The notes: generated by a model not told the origin, from the sequence alone. 64,000 nucleotides of DNA from Methanothrix sp. (GCA_037128175.1 JBAXWY010000003.1:1-64000), one strand, 5' to 3'; shown: positions 1-10,333, counted from the first letter of the stretch. Made by a program: numbers and translations.

Positions 1-127
1 TACTATATATACTTTTGCATATTAATAATTGGGCAGGTTTATAGGAATCCTCACTACAAAAATTAATAATATTGCTATGATGATTTAATCGCCTAACTCT
101 AAGCTCTTCGCAAGAGATTTTATCCAT
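1..127 (-). pseudogene. N-terminal fragment of a GNAT acetyltransferase toxin paralog (runs off window edge; probably truncated)
   Basis: Manual translation MDKISCEELRVRRLNHHSNIINFCSED aligns with MEGISHTQLRIASLREENDLAYFSSKS of the GNAT at 56819, then loses similarity. ATG lies 9 nt after the stop of the 48-aa ORF at 137-283. Confidence 0.5.
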
Positions 128-136
128 CTAAGTTGG

Positions 137-283
137 TCAAGCGCGATTGTTTCTATAAATCTCTCGGGCTTTCTTAAACATATCAACTTTTTTTTGAGTT
201 ACCTCAGGGTGATTAAATCCGTCCATGAAGATTCTTGCATCCTCATCCTCTAATACCAGCTTAAGATCGATTTGCTTTGCCAT
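137..283 (-). CDS. 48-aa antitoxin-like protein, paralog of 56667-56813
   Basis: Manual translation MAKQIDLKLVLEDEDARIFMDGFNHPEVTQKKVDMFKKAREIYRNNRA; GGGGTGA SD upstream; same length and motif pattern as 56667-56813. Below the ORF-track cutoff. Confidence 0.75.
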   Translation of the reverse strand: MAKQIDLKLVLEDEDARIFMDGFNHPEVTQKKVDMFKKAREIYRNNRA

Positions 284-414
284 TACCATCACCCCATTAG
301 TAGATAATAGTTCCACCTCAATAAAGAGTTTTTCGGTCTATCAGTCTATCCTTTTCTGTGCGTAGTCCCGAAAGTATTTCGCACTTGTTCGGATTTCGTT
401 TTGTGTGAATGTTT

Positions 415-545
415 CATCACAGGATAGTGCTTGAGGTCAGCGATCATGGCTTCTTCGCGCCCTTCACGGTTTCGCTTGAGATCCGAGGTATCACGCGAAG
501 GCGCGAAGCCGCGAAGTTCCGATGAGAGAAGGACAATTCTTGCCA
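415..545. repeat. CTTCGCG-periodic palindromic (REP-like) element, copy 1
   Basis: Contains TCACGCGAAGGCGCGAAGCCGCGAAG and the reverse complement of GAAGAAGCCATGATCGCnGACCTCAAG; flanks match 49947-50145 and 48806-48870. Confidence 0.85.
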
Positions 546-916
546 CACCCTTTAGGAACGTGCTGCGCGGGCGGCGGTGCAGGCGGGCACGGACGTGACG
601 AAGGTTGTGCCAGCCAGCGCAGAAAAGGCAAGCGATGTGGAGGCTGCGCCGGCGATCGGGCCCCAGCCGGAGGAGCCTGCGGCGACTGCTGATGGCCAGC
701 AGGGGAGCGTGGCCAGGCGCGAGGGCAGCAAGAGGGGGAGACCGAAGACGGGCGAAGAGCGAGGGGAAAGCGAAGGCCAAGCCAGGGAAAACGGCAGAAG
801 TCGCTGTTTGACTTTAAGAGATCGATAATTCTTAATATGATTGATCCAGAGACGACAAACAAAATCAGCATCATCTATATAAATATCAAATTTAATTCCC
901 TTACCAAGGTGATAGC

Positions 917-1525
917 ATGAAAAAGATGATTTTATTGATTTCAGCCTTCTGTTTTTTAACTCTAATGGGCATGGCAGTAGCTCAAAGTAATGCTAATCAA
1001 AATATGACCGTCCTCACGCAGGATAGTGGAACCAATATTACTAAGATGAATTTTACTATGTATTCTGCAGGTCAGGATTGGGGCATCGATTCATTGAATA
1101 TTGGCGAAGCCGTAAAATTCACCGCACCAAAGGCCGGCTGGAATTTGAAGCAGATACGAGTACTTGGCTGGAACTATTTCAATGAAACGACTATGACACT
1201 CCCTCCTCTGGGAAATTTCCTAATTGAGGTCAGAGATGAAAATCTAAACCTGCTTTACCGACTTGCAGACACCCAGAATGCATACTTCACATTCAAAGCG
1301 CCGGTTCTCAGAGCCATCGATGTTCCTGCTCTTCCATTAACGGGCGACTTTTACATCATCTTCTACGATCGAAGCATTATGAAGATCGGCATGGAATTCG
1401 AAAAAGGAACTGGAAATTCCTATTTCTACAATAATCTATATCATGAGCTGCTCCCTGTGCAGATTAAAAATGGAAATAACGAATCAATCACGCTTAACTG
1501 GGTCATCAGAGCCGTCGGCGAGTAG
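917..1525 (+). CDS. secreted protein of unknown function, tandem paralog 1
   Basis: Signal peptide; motifs GEAVKFTAPKAGW, LEVRD..L.LLY.(F/L)AD.Q, GDFY..FYDR and NW.I.A.G shared with the next two genes; GGTGA SD. Confidence 0.85.
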   Translation: MKKMILLISAFCFLTLMGMAVAQSNANQNMTVLTQDSGTNITKMNFTMYSAGQDWGIDSLNIGEAVKFTAPKAGWNLKQIRVLGWNYFNETTMTLPPLGNFLIEVRDENLNLLYRLADTQNAYFTFKAPVLRAIDVPALPLTGDFYIIFYDRSIMKIGMEFEKGTGNSYFYNNLYHELLPVQIKNGNNESITLNWVIRAVGE

Positions 1526-1568
1526 AACAAAATTTCTTTTTTGCTAAATTAGATGCATTTTTTCCACC

Positions 1569-1592
1569 ATCAGAATCTTTATATGGACAAAA
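1569..1592 (+). promoter_or_regulatory. promoter (BRE/TATA) duplicated upstream of paralogs 2 and 3
   Basis: ATCAGAATCTTTATATGGACAAAA versus ATCAGAATCTTTATATGGATAAAA at 2372-2395 (23/24 identical); contains TTTATA. Confidence 0.65.
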
Positions 1593-1619
1593 TTCGCTTG
1601 TTCTACCTCAGGTGATCGT

Positions 1620-2258
1620 TTGACGAATATGGTCTTACCAATAACTGTATTATGCTTACTGACTCTATCTTTGACCGGCGTGTCTCTAGCAGCCGATGCA
1701 CAATCACCAGAGAATCAATTTATAAATTCATATGAGGGCAATTTTTCAGAAAAGGAAGTCGTTCCCATCGATTTGCTGTCGATTTTCGGCAAGCCGGCTT
1801 TTTTCTTTGCGGAAACCGTCAAGTTCAAGGCACCCAAGTCTGGCTGGAAACTGAATGCAGTTCAACTCTTAGGGTGGGACGGATACAACGGCACCGAAGC
1901 GACGGTTCCAGCAGAACGAGTAATCGGCCTTGAAGTAAGGGACAAAAACCTCAAATTGCTGTATAAATTTGCGGATTCTCAGCTTCCTTACACAAATTAT
2001 GCGCGTAATGCAACGGCTGGAATGTTATTTACTATAGAGATACCATCAATACCAGTTAGCGATGACTTCTATGTATGCTTCTATGATCGAGGAGCAATCG
2101 CTATTGCTAGTGAAAGACTCAACAAGACCAGCCAGAACTCGTTCATCTATATAGAAGACGGAATAGTGGACGGAAATGAATTATTGCCTGCAAATCTGCC
2201 CATCGGTGAGAACACAACCATGCCCATAAACTGGATCATGACAGCGGTCGGAAATTAA
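1620..2258 (+). CDS. secreted protein of unknown function, tandem paralog 2
   Basis: Signal peptide; AETVKFKAPKSGWKL, FYDRGA and INWIMTAVG motifs. Confidence 0.85.
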   Translation: MTNMVLPITVLCLLTLSLTGVSLAADAQSPENQFINSYEGNFSEKEVVPIDLLSIFGKPAFFFAETVKFKAPKSGWKLNAVQLLGWDGYNGTEATVPAERVIGLEVRDKNLKLLYKFADSQLPYTNYARNATAGMLFTIEIPSIPVSDDFYVCFYDRGAIAIASERLNKTSQNSFIYIEDGIVDGNELLPANLPIGENTTMPINWIMTAVGN

Positions 2259-2371
2259 ATATACTATTTGATCTGGGTAGGGCGGCACGGACCGAAATTT
2301 AGCCCGATGTCGACCTGCCTTAGATATCTATTTGTGGATCTATTTAAATTGTGAAATTATATCGGGTACAT

Positions 2372-2395
2372 ATCAGAATCTTTATATGGATAAAA
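2372..2395 (+). promoter_or_regulatory. promoter (BRE/TATA) of paralog 3
   Basis: Near-identical to 1569-1592 at a similar distance from the start codon. Confidence 0.65.
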
Positions 2396-2424
2396 ATCAT
2401 TTGATAGATCTTGGGTGATTTCGC

Positions 2425-3027
2425 TTGAAGAAGACCATATTATTACTTGCTTGCCTATGTTGCACAGCACTATGCATAAACGCTATTGCGGCAGAGACAG
2501 CAGCACCAAAATTAACTATACTGAGGGAAGATAGCGGAAAGAATTATTCGGAGATAAACTTTACATTATTCTCTTCATTGGCTGAATTTAGCTCTTTGGA
2601 GGTAGGAGAAGCTGTAAAGTTCACTGCCCCCAAAGCCGGCTGGAAGCTGCAAAAGGTGCGGGTGTTGGGTTGGAGCGGATACAATGTGTCCTCACAATCG
2701 TTCCCTGCAGACAGAAATGTCATGCTGGAGATAAGGGATAAAGACCTCAATATTCTCTATAAATTTGCTGATGCTCAGAACAATTACTTCCTATCTGATG
2801 CCGGGCCGTTATTCGGTGAGATAGAAATACCAGCAGTCCCGGTAACAGGAGACTTTTATGTAGTCTTCTACGATCGCGGGGCCGCTCCCATCGGCATGGA
2901 GAATATCAATGGAACAGGCAAATCATTCATCTTTATCAACGGCCAGATTCTGCCTGCAGATCGCACCATCCAGGAGACTAATGAGACAGTTAAGATCAAC
3001 TGGCTGATCGAAGCTGCCGGCAAATAA
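2425..3027 (+). CDS. secreted protein of unknown function, tandem paralog 3
   Basis: Signal peptide; GEAVKFTAPKAGWKL, GDFYVVFYDRGA and INWLIEAAG motifs. Confidence 0.85.
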   Translation: MKKTILLLACLCCTALCINAIAAETAAPKLTILREDSGKNYSEINFTLFSSLAEFSSLEVGEAVKFTAPKAGWKLQKVRVLGWSGYNVSSQSFPADRNVMLEIRDKDLNILYKFADAQNNYFLSDAGPLFGEIEIPAVPVTGDFYVVFYDRGAAPIGMENINGTGKSFIFINGQILPADRTIQETNETVKINWLIEAAGK

Positions 3028-3125
3028 GAAAAGACATCAAGCTAGCATAAATAAATCCCAAGAATTGAATATCGGAAAATGGGGTTGGCGAAAGTATGTT
3101 ATAGCTGCACGCCAACCTTATTCCG

Positions 3126-3788
3126 ATGTTTGAGTCTCGTTCCATCTGCATTTGCGGTCTTCCGGGAATTGGAAGCGTTGGCAAAGTGGCTGCCGATTAC
3201 CTGGCTACTGCCCTGGAATGCAGTACCATAATGCCTTTTTTTTCAAATAGTTTTCCGCCCCAGGTTATGATCTCCCAAGGGTTAGCGGAGTTGATGCATG
3301 CAGAGCTTATGCGTCCCAAGGAAAAAAATAACATGCTCATTCTCTCCGGCGATGCTCAGCCCCTGGATGTAGTAGGCATGTATGAGCTGGCAGGAAATAT
3401 CCTGCAGGCCTTAAAGGAACAGGGAGTTACGGATGTGATCACCCTCGCGGCATATGTGGGAGATACGAGCGAGACGGTACTTGGCACTGCTACGGATCTT
3501 GATTCTGCTACGGCTCTTGGTCTGTGCAAAATACCCTTGCTGCGAAGCGGTGCGATCGGCGGATTAAACGGCCTTCTGGCAGGGCTTGCGCCTCTGTATG
3601 ATCTGCGGGGCTTCTGCCTGCTTGGAGCCAGCTCGGGAGCCGACCCCGTGGACATCCGGGCGGCAAATAACTTGCTAGGTGCAATAAAAGAGCTTTTCCA
3701 CCTCGACATTGACATCACTCTCATGGAACCTATCATAGAGGAGCCACAAGAGCTAGCTCCTCAAGAAGTAGATATGAACTATAGGTAA
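3126..3788 (+). CDS. PAC2-family proteasome assembly chaperone-like protein
   Basis: GLPGIGSVGKVAADYL, FPPQV, GDAQP and IGGLNGLL motifs typical of archaeal PAC2/PbaA-B. Confidence 0.85.
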   Translation: MFESRSICICGLPGIGSVGKVAADYLATALECSTIMPFFSNSFPPQVMISQGLAELMHAELMRPKEKNNMLILSGDAQPLDVVGMYELAGNILQALKEQGVTDVITLAAYVGDTSETVLGTATDLDSATALGLCKIPLLRSGAIGGLNGLLAGLAPLYDLRGFCLLGASSGADPVDIRAANNLLGAIKELFHLDIDITLMEPIIEEPQELAPQEVDMNYR

Positions 3789-3794
3789 AAAACA

Positions 3795-4658
3795 CTATAT
3801 CGATTTTGCCACCAGAGTTCCCTTTGGAACGCCAATCACATCGGCCACTGGCTCGCATTTGGCTCTCATCAGGTAGATAAGCCGGCCCGACAGCCGCTTT
3901 TCGAACTCAGAGATGGTCTCGAAGTTGCCCATGCCTTTGGACAATATCAGCCAGCTGGGATCAAACAATAAGGCAGAAGCCTCCGGCTCCAGGTGCTCTT
4001 GGGCCGTTCCCACTACATTTCCGGTCGGAAGGATCTCTACCTCCATATCGGTCATGGCTGAGATCTCTTCCACGGTAACATCATTGAGGACCGGCTCAGA
4101 CTTTGATCCCACTACCACCTGCTTTCCCATTCTCACAAGCTTTCCAATTACGAAGAGATCGAATACAACTTCCCCGCTATTGTCAGTAAGATAAAAGATA
4201 TTGCTAAAGCTGCCTAGACGCCTTTTAACTTCGCCAATATCGCCATGCAGCTTTTCGCTAAGTGTTTTTAAGAAAACCCCGGCAAAGGTACTGTTATCGA
4301 AATCGTGGCCCTTGACGCCAAACTCCATGGAATTGGCGGCCGCTGCAATGCGAATTAAGGCCTCAATCTTGTCATCGGCTTTTTCGTAGAATTCTTCGGC
4401 CAGGGGCAGAAGATCCATAGCTACCCGATTGCTCTCTCTTTTCAGTTCCTGGTACGGATCAGGATTTTTGCTGCGCCTTTTGATGATGTTCTCTCTTTCT
4501 GTTCCCACCAGCGCCGGCACTCCGCCCTTGTGGCCGGCCATGTAGTCCAGCAGCTCCTCCATTGCCGCCTTCTTCTCTTCCTCTTGGGAAAAGACGAGAT
4601 CACACTCGAATTTGGCCCGGTCCAGGATACAGGGATAACAGTTGGAGGCCATTCTCAA
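3795..4658 (-). CDS. DUF89/ARMT1-like damage-control phosphatase
   Basis: CYPC, DPY, AN, YLTDNSGE..FD, P.LND, SKGMGNFET and AKC motifs; start inferred at the TTG overlapping the upstream stop. Confidence 0.85.
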   Translation of the reverse strand: MRMASNCYPCILDRAKFECDLVFSQEEEKKAAMEELLDYMAGHKGGVPALVGTERENIIKRRSKNPDPYQELKRESNRVAMDLLPLAEEFYEKADDKIEALIRIAAAANSMEFGVKGHDFDNSTFAGVFLKTLSEKLHGDIGEVKRRLGSFSNIFYLTDNSGEVVFDLFVIGKLVRMGKQVVVGSKSEPVLNDVTVEEISAMTDMEVEILPTGNVVGTAQEHLEPEASALLFDPSWLILSKGMGNFETISEFEKRLSGRLIYLMRAKCEPVADVIGVPKGTLVAKSI

Positions 4659-5500
4659 GACGGCCACCTTCCAGCTAAGACACAGATCACATCGGGGATA
4701 ACGCGCTGTGCAACATGCACACACGAGCCGCCACTCAGCACAAAGACCAAACCCCTATCGTCAACTGCCTCCATTATCAATTGCACCATCCTGGGATAGG
4801 CTTCATAGGTGAGATTGAAGCCCCCATAATCGTCCTGGTGGGAGTCATGACCGAAGATGACAAAAGCCATCTGAAAGTCAAAATCTTTGGCCAATTCCAG
4901 GGCGCTCTGCAGAGCTGAGAGGAACCGCTCATTGTTGCCGCCAAAAGTGAGTCCGATGTCGTAGTTGTTTTTAATTGGATCATGCTCTTCGCCCGTGCCG
5001 CTGTGCATGTTAATATGAAATACATCGGCATCGTCTTTGAAAAAGTCGCGCGTCCCGTCGCCAAAATGAGGATCTACATCCACGATAAGGAAGCGCTGCA
5101 ATCCCATCTGCCGCAGACGAAGTATGGTGATAGCCACGTCGTTGAAGTAGCAAAAGCCCCAGCAACTACCTCGCGAGGCATGGTGTCCGGCCGTTCCGGT
5201 ATATGCGAAGGCTCTCCTGGCCTGGCCGCTGGCCACCATCTCTGCCGCCATCATCACGCTGCCTGCGGAAAGCATTGCTACATCCCGGTATGGATCATTC
5301 TCCATATTGGCCATGTGAGCTATGCTGTGAGCCTGCGCCACCAGCTCCCGGGGGGCGGGCCTTGCCTTGAAGACCTGCACATCTGTGCCATCCACCAGCC
5401 CCGACTCCATCAGCTTCTCGAATGATGGCCGGATTCGCTCTTTCAGTACGCTAAATCCCCGCTTTCCGAAATCCTCGTGATAAGTAATTGCGACCAACAT
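4655..5500 (-). CDS. histone deacetylase family protein
   Basis: GHHA, GFCYFNDVA, DVDPHFGDGT and GHDSH motifs; start inferred at MLVAITYH. Confidence 0.9.
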   Translation of the reverse strand: MLVAITYHEDFGKRGFSVLKERIRPSFEKLMESGLVDGTDVQVFKARPAPRELVAQAHSIAHMANMENDPYRDVAMLSAGSVMMAAEMVASGQARRAFAYTGTAGHHASRGSCWGFCYFNDVAITILRLRQMGLQRFLIVDVDPHFGDGTRDFFKDDADVFHINMHSGTGEEHDPIKNNYDIGLTFGGNNERFLSALQSALELAKDFDFQMAFVIFGHDSHQDDYGGFNLTYEAYPRMVQLIMEAVDDRGLVFVLSGGSCVHVAQRVIPDVICVLAGRWPS

Positions 5501-5523
5501 TTTTTGTGCCCTCTGACGCCTTT

Positions 5524-7038
5524 TTATAACTCGGTGATCCTGGGGTACCTCTCCAGAAGCATTCCCTCGACCACGATTGGCATCTGCCTCTTGGCATCCT
5601 TTACGGCGCTCTCCAGTTGCCAATCCGAAGAGGAGCAGATAGTTATCAAGGGCTCTCCCTTCTTTACCAGCTCTCCCATCTTCCTGTGGATTATAACGCC
5701 TGCCTTCTTGTCCGCGGGAGCGCCAGCCATGCGAGCCAGCTCCACCAGCCGTTTATTGTAGAAGGCCACAATGTAGCCGCCTGCCGGAGCAAGAATATCC
5801 TCACAGTTATCACCGATAACGATCTCTTCGCTCTTCACCAGGGGATTGCCGCCCTGAACCTCGATGATCTCCATGAGCTTTTTATGGGCTTTTCCGCTGG
5901 TGAGAATATCCTCTGCCGCCTTGTAGCCATCTCCACGCCCAGCGATTCCACCCATCTCCAGCAAAATACCGGCCAAAGAGAGGCTCTTCTCCTTCAGGCT
6001 GTTCGGTCCGCCCTTATTCTCCAGGACAGTGAGGGCTTCGCGTACCTCCACGGCCGGACCAATGGTTCGTCCTACCGGCGATCCGCCGAAGGTCATGGCG
6101 CACTCCACGCGAATGCCCAGGCGTCCCCCCAGATCAATGAGATCTTTGGCTAAAGTGCGGCCTGCCTCAGAAGTGGCAAGCTTTGTGCCTGGACCTACTG
6201 GCATATCCACCACAACGGCATCTGCGCCTACAGCTCCCTTCTTGGCCATGATGGAGGCGAGCATCTGGCTGTAGGGATCGATGGAAAGAGCATATTCAGC
6301 TTTAATCAGCTTGTCGTCGGCTGGAGCAATGTTGGTAGCTCCGCCCCAGACTATGACCCCTCCCACCTTTTCGGTCATTTCCTTGATCTCGTCGGCACTA
6401 AACTCAACCGGTGCCAAAATTTCCATAAGGTCTGCCGTACCGCCGGCGCCGGTAATGGCGCGCGAACTGGTCTTGGGAATAAGAAGGCCTGCGGCCGCGA
6501 CTATCGGCACCACCAGCAAAGAGACCTTGTTGCCGGGAACGCCTCCAATGCTGTGCTTGTCCATGACGGGATGGGTGTCGAAATGAATTCGCTCTCCGGT
6601 ATCAATCATGGCTTTGGTCAAATAAAACACCTCCTCAGAGTCCATATTATGGATATAGGAGGCAGTAACGTATGCAGAAAGCTCAATATCACTGAGGTTA
6701 TTATCCACAATATCCCGTACGATGGTGCGGATCTGGTCCTCAGTGAGCTTTTTCTTATCCATTATGCTCTTTATATAGCAGAGAGAGGCGGGCTTGGGTG
6801 CAGGCAGAACATCCACGTTTGTGGGATTCTTCAGGTCTTTTAGAGCCTCTGTGAAGATGCCGATCTCCCCTGCCTTGACCATCTCCAAAGTGACGTCGAG
6901 AATGGCTGTGGTCGCGGAACCCTTTGTTCTGACCCGGACCCGATCACCGGCATTAAGGCCTCTTTCTCTGGCATCCACTACGTTGAGCATGACTTTGTGC
7001 TGACCTATCTCGATATCAAAGGGACGAACTTGCAACAT
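5524..7038 (-). CDS. AMP phosphorylase (archaeal thymidine phosphorylase family)
   Basis: DKHSIGGVPGNK, PKTSSRAIT.A.GTAD and SIMAKK motifs plus the N-terminal extension; 504 aa. Confidence 0.92.
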   Translation of the reverse strand: MLQVRPFDIEIGQHKVMLNVVDARERGLNAGDRVRVRTKGSATTAILDVTLEMVKAGEIGIFTEALKDLKNPTNVDVLPAPKPASLCYIKSIMDKKKLTEDQIRTIVRDIVDNNLSDIELSAYVTASYIHNMDSEEVFYLTKAMIDTGERIHFDTHPVMDKHSIGGVPGNKVSLLVVPIVAAAGLLIPKTSSRAITGAGGTADLMEILAPVEFSADEIKEMTEKVGGVIVWGGATNIAPADDKLIKAEYALSIDPYSQMLASIMAKKGAVGADAVVVDMPVGPGTKLATSEAGRTLAKDLIDLGGRLGIRVECAMTFGGSPVGRTIGPAVEVREALTVLENKGGPNSLKEKSLSLAGILLEMGGIAGRGDGYKAAEDILTSGKAHKKLMEIIEVQGGNPLVKSEEIVIGDNCEDILAPAGGYIVAFYNKRLVELARMAGAPADKKAGVIIHRKMGELVKKGEPLITICSSSDWQLESAVKDAKRQMPIVVEGMLLERYPRITEL

Positions 7039-7068
7039 GCAAAAGACCTCTTCATATACAATTTATAA

Positions 7069-7989
7069 TTAGCTTTCCAGCAAGGTTAGCGATTTGATCC
7101 ATTCACCGCGGGCCTCGCGTGTGGTTCCTACTACCAGCCGAAGGCCGTTGGCTGTCTCTTCCAGCACGCCTTTCGCCTCTATAGTTTCGCCAGGCAGAGC
7201 CTGGCCGGCATAGGTATGCGAATAGCAGAATATCTCCTTTACCTCAGGGTGATCCAGACGGAAGATGGCAGGACTGTCAAAGGCAAAATCGGCGTTAGTT
7301 ACTCGGGCCTCAATGCGCCGCTCCCCGGCCGGCTTGCCGGTAGGCTGCGTTTGTATCTGGTTCCATTCGCGAGTGAAAAGGAGGTCAAAGTAGGTGCCTT
7401 CGATCATGCCTCGATTTCCTTTGCGCGTCTCGTGCCGCATGAAGTCCTCGAAGCTGATCTCCGGCTTTCTCTTGGAGTAGATCTTCCTCCAGGTGGGCTC
7501 GTCCAGGTCCCCGATTTTTCCTTTGGCCTTGGCCCGGGCCACAATATCCCTGGCCTTCCACCAGATGGGGCCATAAACCACAAAATCGATATCTGAGCTG
7601 GGACTATGCAGACCTACAAGCATAGATCCGGTGATGCCCATCTGCTCCCATGACACTCCGGCTTCTGCCAGCAGGCCTGCAATCTTTCCGACTCTCGGGT
7701 CTCGCTTCGCCAATGATAAAAGCCCCTCAGACGGCCGATAAATCCTGAGCACTTCATTCTCAGGAACCACATGCAGGTCGCGGACCCAGTCAGGTCGCTC
7801 TCTTCTTAAAAATTCATAGGCCGGATCGAAGTCCATTTTGCGATAGCGTTTGCCATCATTCTCGCGCTCTCCTGCTGGATCGGGAACATAACGTAGCATT
7901 GAGCGAAGACCATCCGGGTGACAGTAGTCCGCGACAGCGAAGATCCAGCCATCTTTGGTCCGAAAGAAGTCTCTGATTCTGGCCTTCAC
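7069..7989 (-). CDS. nucleotidyltransferase (Pol beta superfamily) domain protein, COG1665-like
   Basis: GITGSMLVGL...SDIDFVVYG motif; C-terminal SHTYAGQA..GE and VVGTTREA.GE.I. Confidence 0.8.
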   Translation of the reverse strand: MKARIRDFFRTKDGWIFAVADYCHPDGLRSMLRYVPDPAGERENDGKRYRKMDFDPAYEFLRRERPDWVRDLHVVPENEVLRIYRPSEGLLSLAKRDPRVGKIAGLLAEAGVSWEQMGITGSMLVGLHSPSSDIDFVVYGPIWWKARDIVARAKAKGKIGDLDEPTWRKIYSKRKPEISFEDFMRHETRKGNRGMIEGTYFDLLFTREWNQIQTQPTGKPAGERRIEARVTNADFAFDSPAIFRLDHPEVKEIFCYSHTYAGQALPGETIEAKGVLEETANGLRLVVGTTREARGEWIKSLTLLES

Positions 7990-8558
7990 GATATCGCCTT
8001 CATTACCTTATCCAGGCCAGCTCCCGGCCGGATGATCTCCCTTTTTTGCAGATCCAGGAGAGTTGAGGGCTGTGCGTATCTGCATTTTCCTCCGTCCACG
8101 ACGGCGTCCACTCGATCCCGGATATCCGAGGAGACGGAAGCTGCACTTGTGGGTGGCAGGGCGCCTGTGCGGTTGGCACTGGTGGAGGTGATGGGTCCGG
8201 CCAGATCGATGATCCTTAAAGCCGTCTCATGATCCGGGTACCTGATGCCGAGCAATGGCGAGCCGGCGGTGAGTATATCCGGAACTACGCTTTTTTTCCT
8301 GACAAGAACGGAAACCGGCCCTGGCAAGAGCTGCTCGAGAAGGGCCAGGTCATCCTGGCTCACCTCTGCAACATTCATCAGCATATCAAAGTTGGAGACG
8401 GCCAAAAAGATGGGATTGGAGAGAGGCCTTTTTTTAATCTGAAAAACCCTCATCACCGCTTGCTCATCCAGAGCATTGGCGCCCAGGCCGTAAACGGTCT
8501 CGGTAGGGTATACTATCACACCCCCACCAATGACATAGCGAGCTGCACTGGCGATCAT
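7986..8558 (-). CDS. L-threonylcarbamoyladenylate synthase (TsaC/Sua5/YrdC)
   Basis: YPTETVYGLGA, K.RP, PGPVS, STSAN and PSTL motifs. Confidence 0.92.
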   Translation of the reverse strand: MIASAARYVIGGGVIVYPTETVYGLGANALDEQAVMRVFQIKKRPLSNPIFLAVSNFDMLMNVAEVSQDDLALLEQLLPGPVSVLVRKKSVVPDILTAGSPLLGIRYPDHETALRIIDLAGPITSTSANRTGALPPTSAASVSSDIRDRVDAVVDGGKCRYAQPSTLLDLQKREIIRPGAGLDKVMKAIS

Positions 8559-9052
8559 TTCTCAGTTTTCCGTTTGATGCTGGCAATATCTCCTAAAGTC
8601 AATCCACGGCCAGAGCTGCCGGACTTGACACGAGTCTCGCTCGCCTCATCGGACAGTTTGATCTTCAGCTCCTTTTCGAGCTTTTTTCTAATTCCATCCT
8701 CTGGAGAGATCTCCTCTCGCTCGATCTTCTTTAAGAGAGTCACCTTCTCTTTGATCCTACCTCCCAGCTCCTCTGGAGAGAGGCCCAGGCTCTCGCGTGC
8801 CTCCCTGATCTTGCGCCCGAAATCCGGAACTAACTCTGCCAAGTCCTTGAAATAGTCGCGCGGTTTGGGCCGACTTTCCGTGAAGGCCCTCGCCACAGGA
8901 ACCATCTTCTTGGGAACCAAAGACCATTTGTCTTCCGGTTTTCCGAAGCGCGCACAACCCTTGCATACCTCCATCGTTGAGCGGTCGATCACAACCCTCT
9001 GGGGTACTCCTGTGATCTCAGCGCCGCAAATCTCGCATTGCTTCTCGTTCAT
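8555..9052 (-). CDS. archaeal multiprotein bridging factor aMBF1
   Basis: N-terminal CEICG...C..C zinc ribbon, Cro-like HTH, C-terminal TLGD; divergent from pan. Confidence 0.92.
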   Translation of the reverse strand: MNEKQCEICGAEITGVPQRVVIDRSTMEVCKGCARFGKPEDKWSLVPKKMVPVARAFTESRPKPRDYFKDLAELVPDFGRKIREARESLGLSPEELGGRIKEKVTLLKKIEREEISPEDGIRKKLEKELKIKLSDEASETRVKSGSSGRGLTLGDIASIKRKTEK

Positions 9053-9097
9053 TTCGGAAACCTTTATAGGGGTCGGTGTTTAATAATCTTTGTAATT

Positions 9098-10333
9098 ATG
9101 GATAGTGGAGAAGGCATGAATGAGTCACAGGCCGGCGCGGATTTTTCGCGCTACATCCTGGACCGCATGCGCCAGCTTGAAGAGCGCAACCTGGCGCTGC
9201 GAGAGCAGAAGGACCGCGTGGAAGGCGAAAAGCGGCTCATTGAGAACCAGAAGCTCAAGTTCGAGCGAGAAGCCCGCAAGCTGAGAAGCGAGCTGGAGCG
9301 CCTGCGCGTCGGTCCCATGATTGTGGGCACCATTGTAGATGTCCTGGACGAGAACAGGGTCATCGTCAAAAGCAGCACCGGCCCCAGGTTCGTGGTAAAT
9401 CTCTCCCAGTTCATCGAGGAAGAGATCAAGCCCGGTGCACAGGTCGGCTTAAATCAGCAGTCTTTTGCTGTGATGTGCGTCCTACCCTCCCCCCGCGACC
9501 CGGCTGTCTTTGGCATGGAGATAGAGGAGGCTCCAGATGTGCGCTTCTCACAGATTGGGGGCCTGGAAACTCAGATCTCCGAGATCAGGGAGATTGTGGA
9601 GCTGCCCCTCAAGCGTCCGGACCTTTTCACGGCCGTAGGTATTGAGCCGCCCAAGGGGGTCTTGCTGCACGGACCGCCTGGGACGGGCAAGACCATTTTG
9701 GCCAAGGCGGTTGCCCAGAGCACCGATGCTACATTCCTTCGCGTGGTGGGCTCGGAGTTCGTGCAAAAGTACATCGGAGAGGGCGCGCGCCTGGTGCGTG
9801 AGCTCTTCGAGCTGGCCAAGAGCAAGTCACCTGCCATCATCTTCATAGATGAGCTGGATGCCATCGGTGCGCGGCGCATGGATGGAGCCACCAGCGGAGA
9901 CCGCGAGGTGCAACGCACTCTCATGCAGATCCTGGCGGAGATGGACGGCTTTGATGCACGAGGCGAGGTCAAGCTCATCGCCGCCACCAACCGCCTGGAC
10001 ATGCTCGATCCGGCATTGCTGCGGCCGGGCCGGTTCGACCGGATCATCGAAATTCCCATGCCCAGCCGAGAGGCACGTGAGGCGATTCTGAAGATCCATA
10101 CCTCGGGCATGAGCCTGGATGAAGATGTGAACCTTAAGTTGATCTCCGATATGGCAGAGGGATCGAGCGGTGCGGATCTAAAATCGCTGTCCACCGAGGC
10201 AGGTATGTATGCCATTCGCGAGGAAAGGACAATAGTATACCAGAGCGACTTTGTGGGCGCAGCGATAAAGATACTGCACAAAGAGAGAAACCATATAAGC
10301 GAGCCCGAGGGGCTGGTACAGCAGTACATTTGA
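9098..10333 (+). CDS. pan: proteasome-activating nucleotidase
   Basis: N-terminal coiled coil, OB domain, [24 protein letters not shown] and RPGRFDR; start could also be 9116. Confidence 0.95.
   Translation: MDSGEGMNESQAGADFSRYILDRMRQLEERNLALREQKDRVEGEKRLIENQKLKFEREARKLRSELERLRVGPMIVGTIVDVLDENRVIVKSSTGPRFVVNLSQFIEEEIKPGAQVGLNQQSFAVMCVLPSPRDPAVFGMEIEEAPDVRFSQIGGLETQISEIREIVELPLKRPDLFTAVGIEPPKGVLLHGPPGTGKTILAKAVAQSTDATFLRVVGSEFVQKYIGEGARLVRELFELAKSKSPAIIFIDELDAIGARRMDGATSGDREVQRTLMQILAEMDGFDARGEVKLIAATNRLDMLDPALLRPGRFDRIIEIPMPSREAREAILKIHTSGMSLDEDVNLKLISDMAEGSSGADLKSLSTEAGMYAIREERTIVYQSDFVGAAIKILHKERNHISEPEGLVQQYI

Noticed and set aside
346-874. ORF-track ORFs 346-780, 491-874, 577-828 and 605-811
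   Set aside because: They run through the palindromic repeat and a GC-rich tract, and none has credible protein features.
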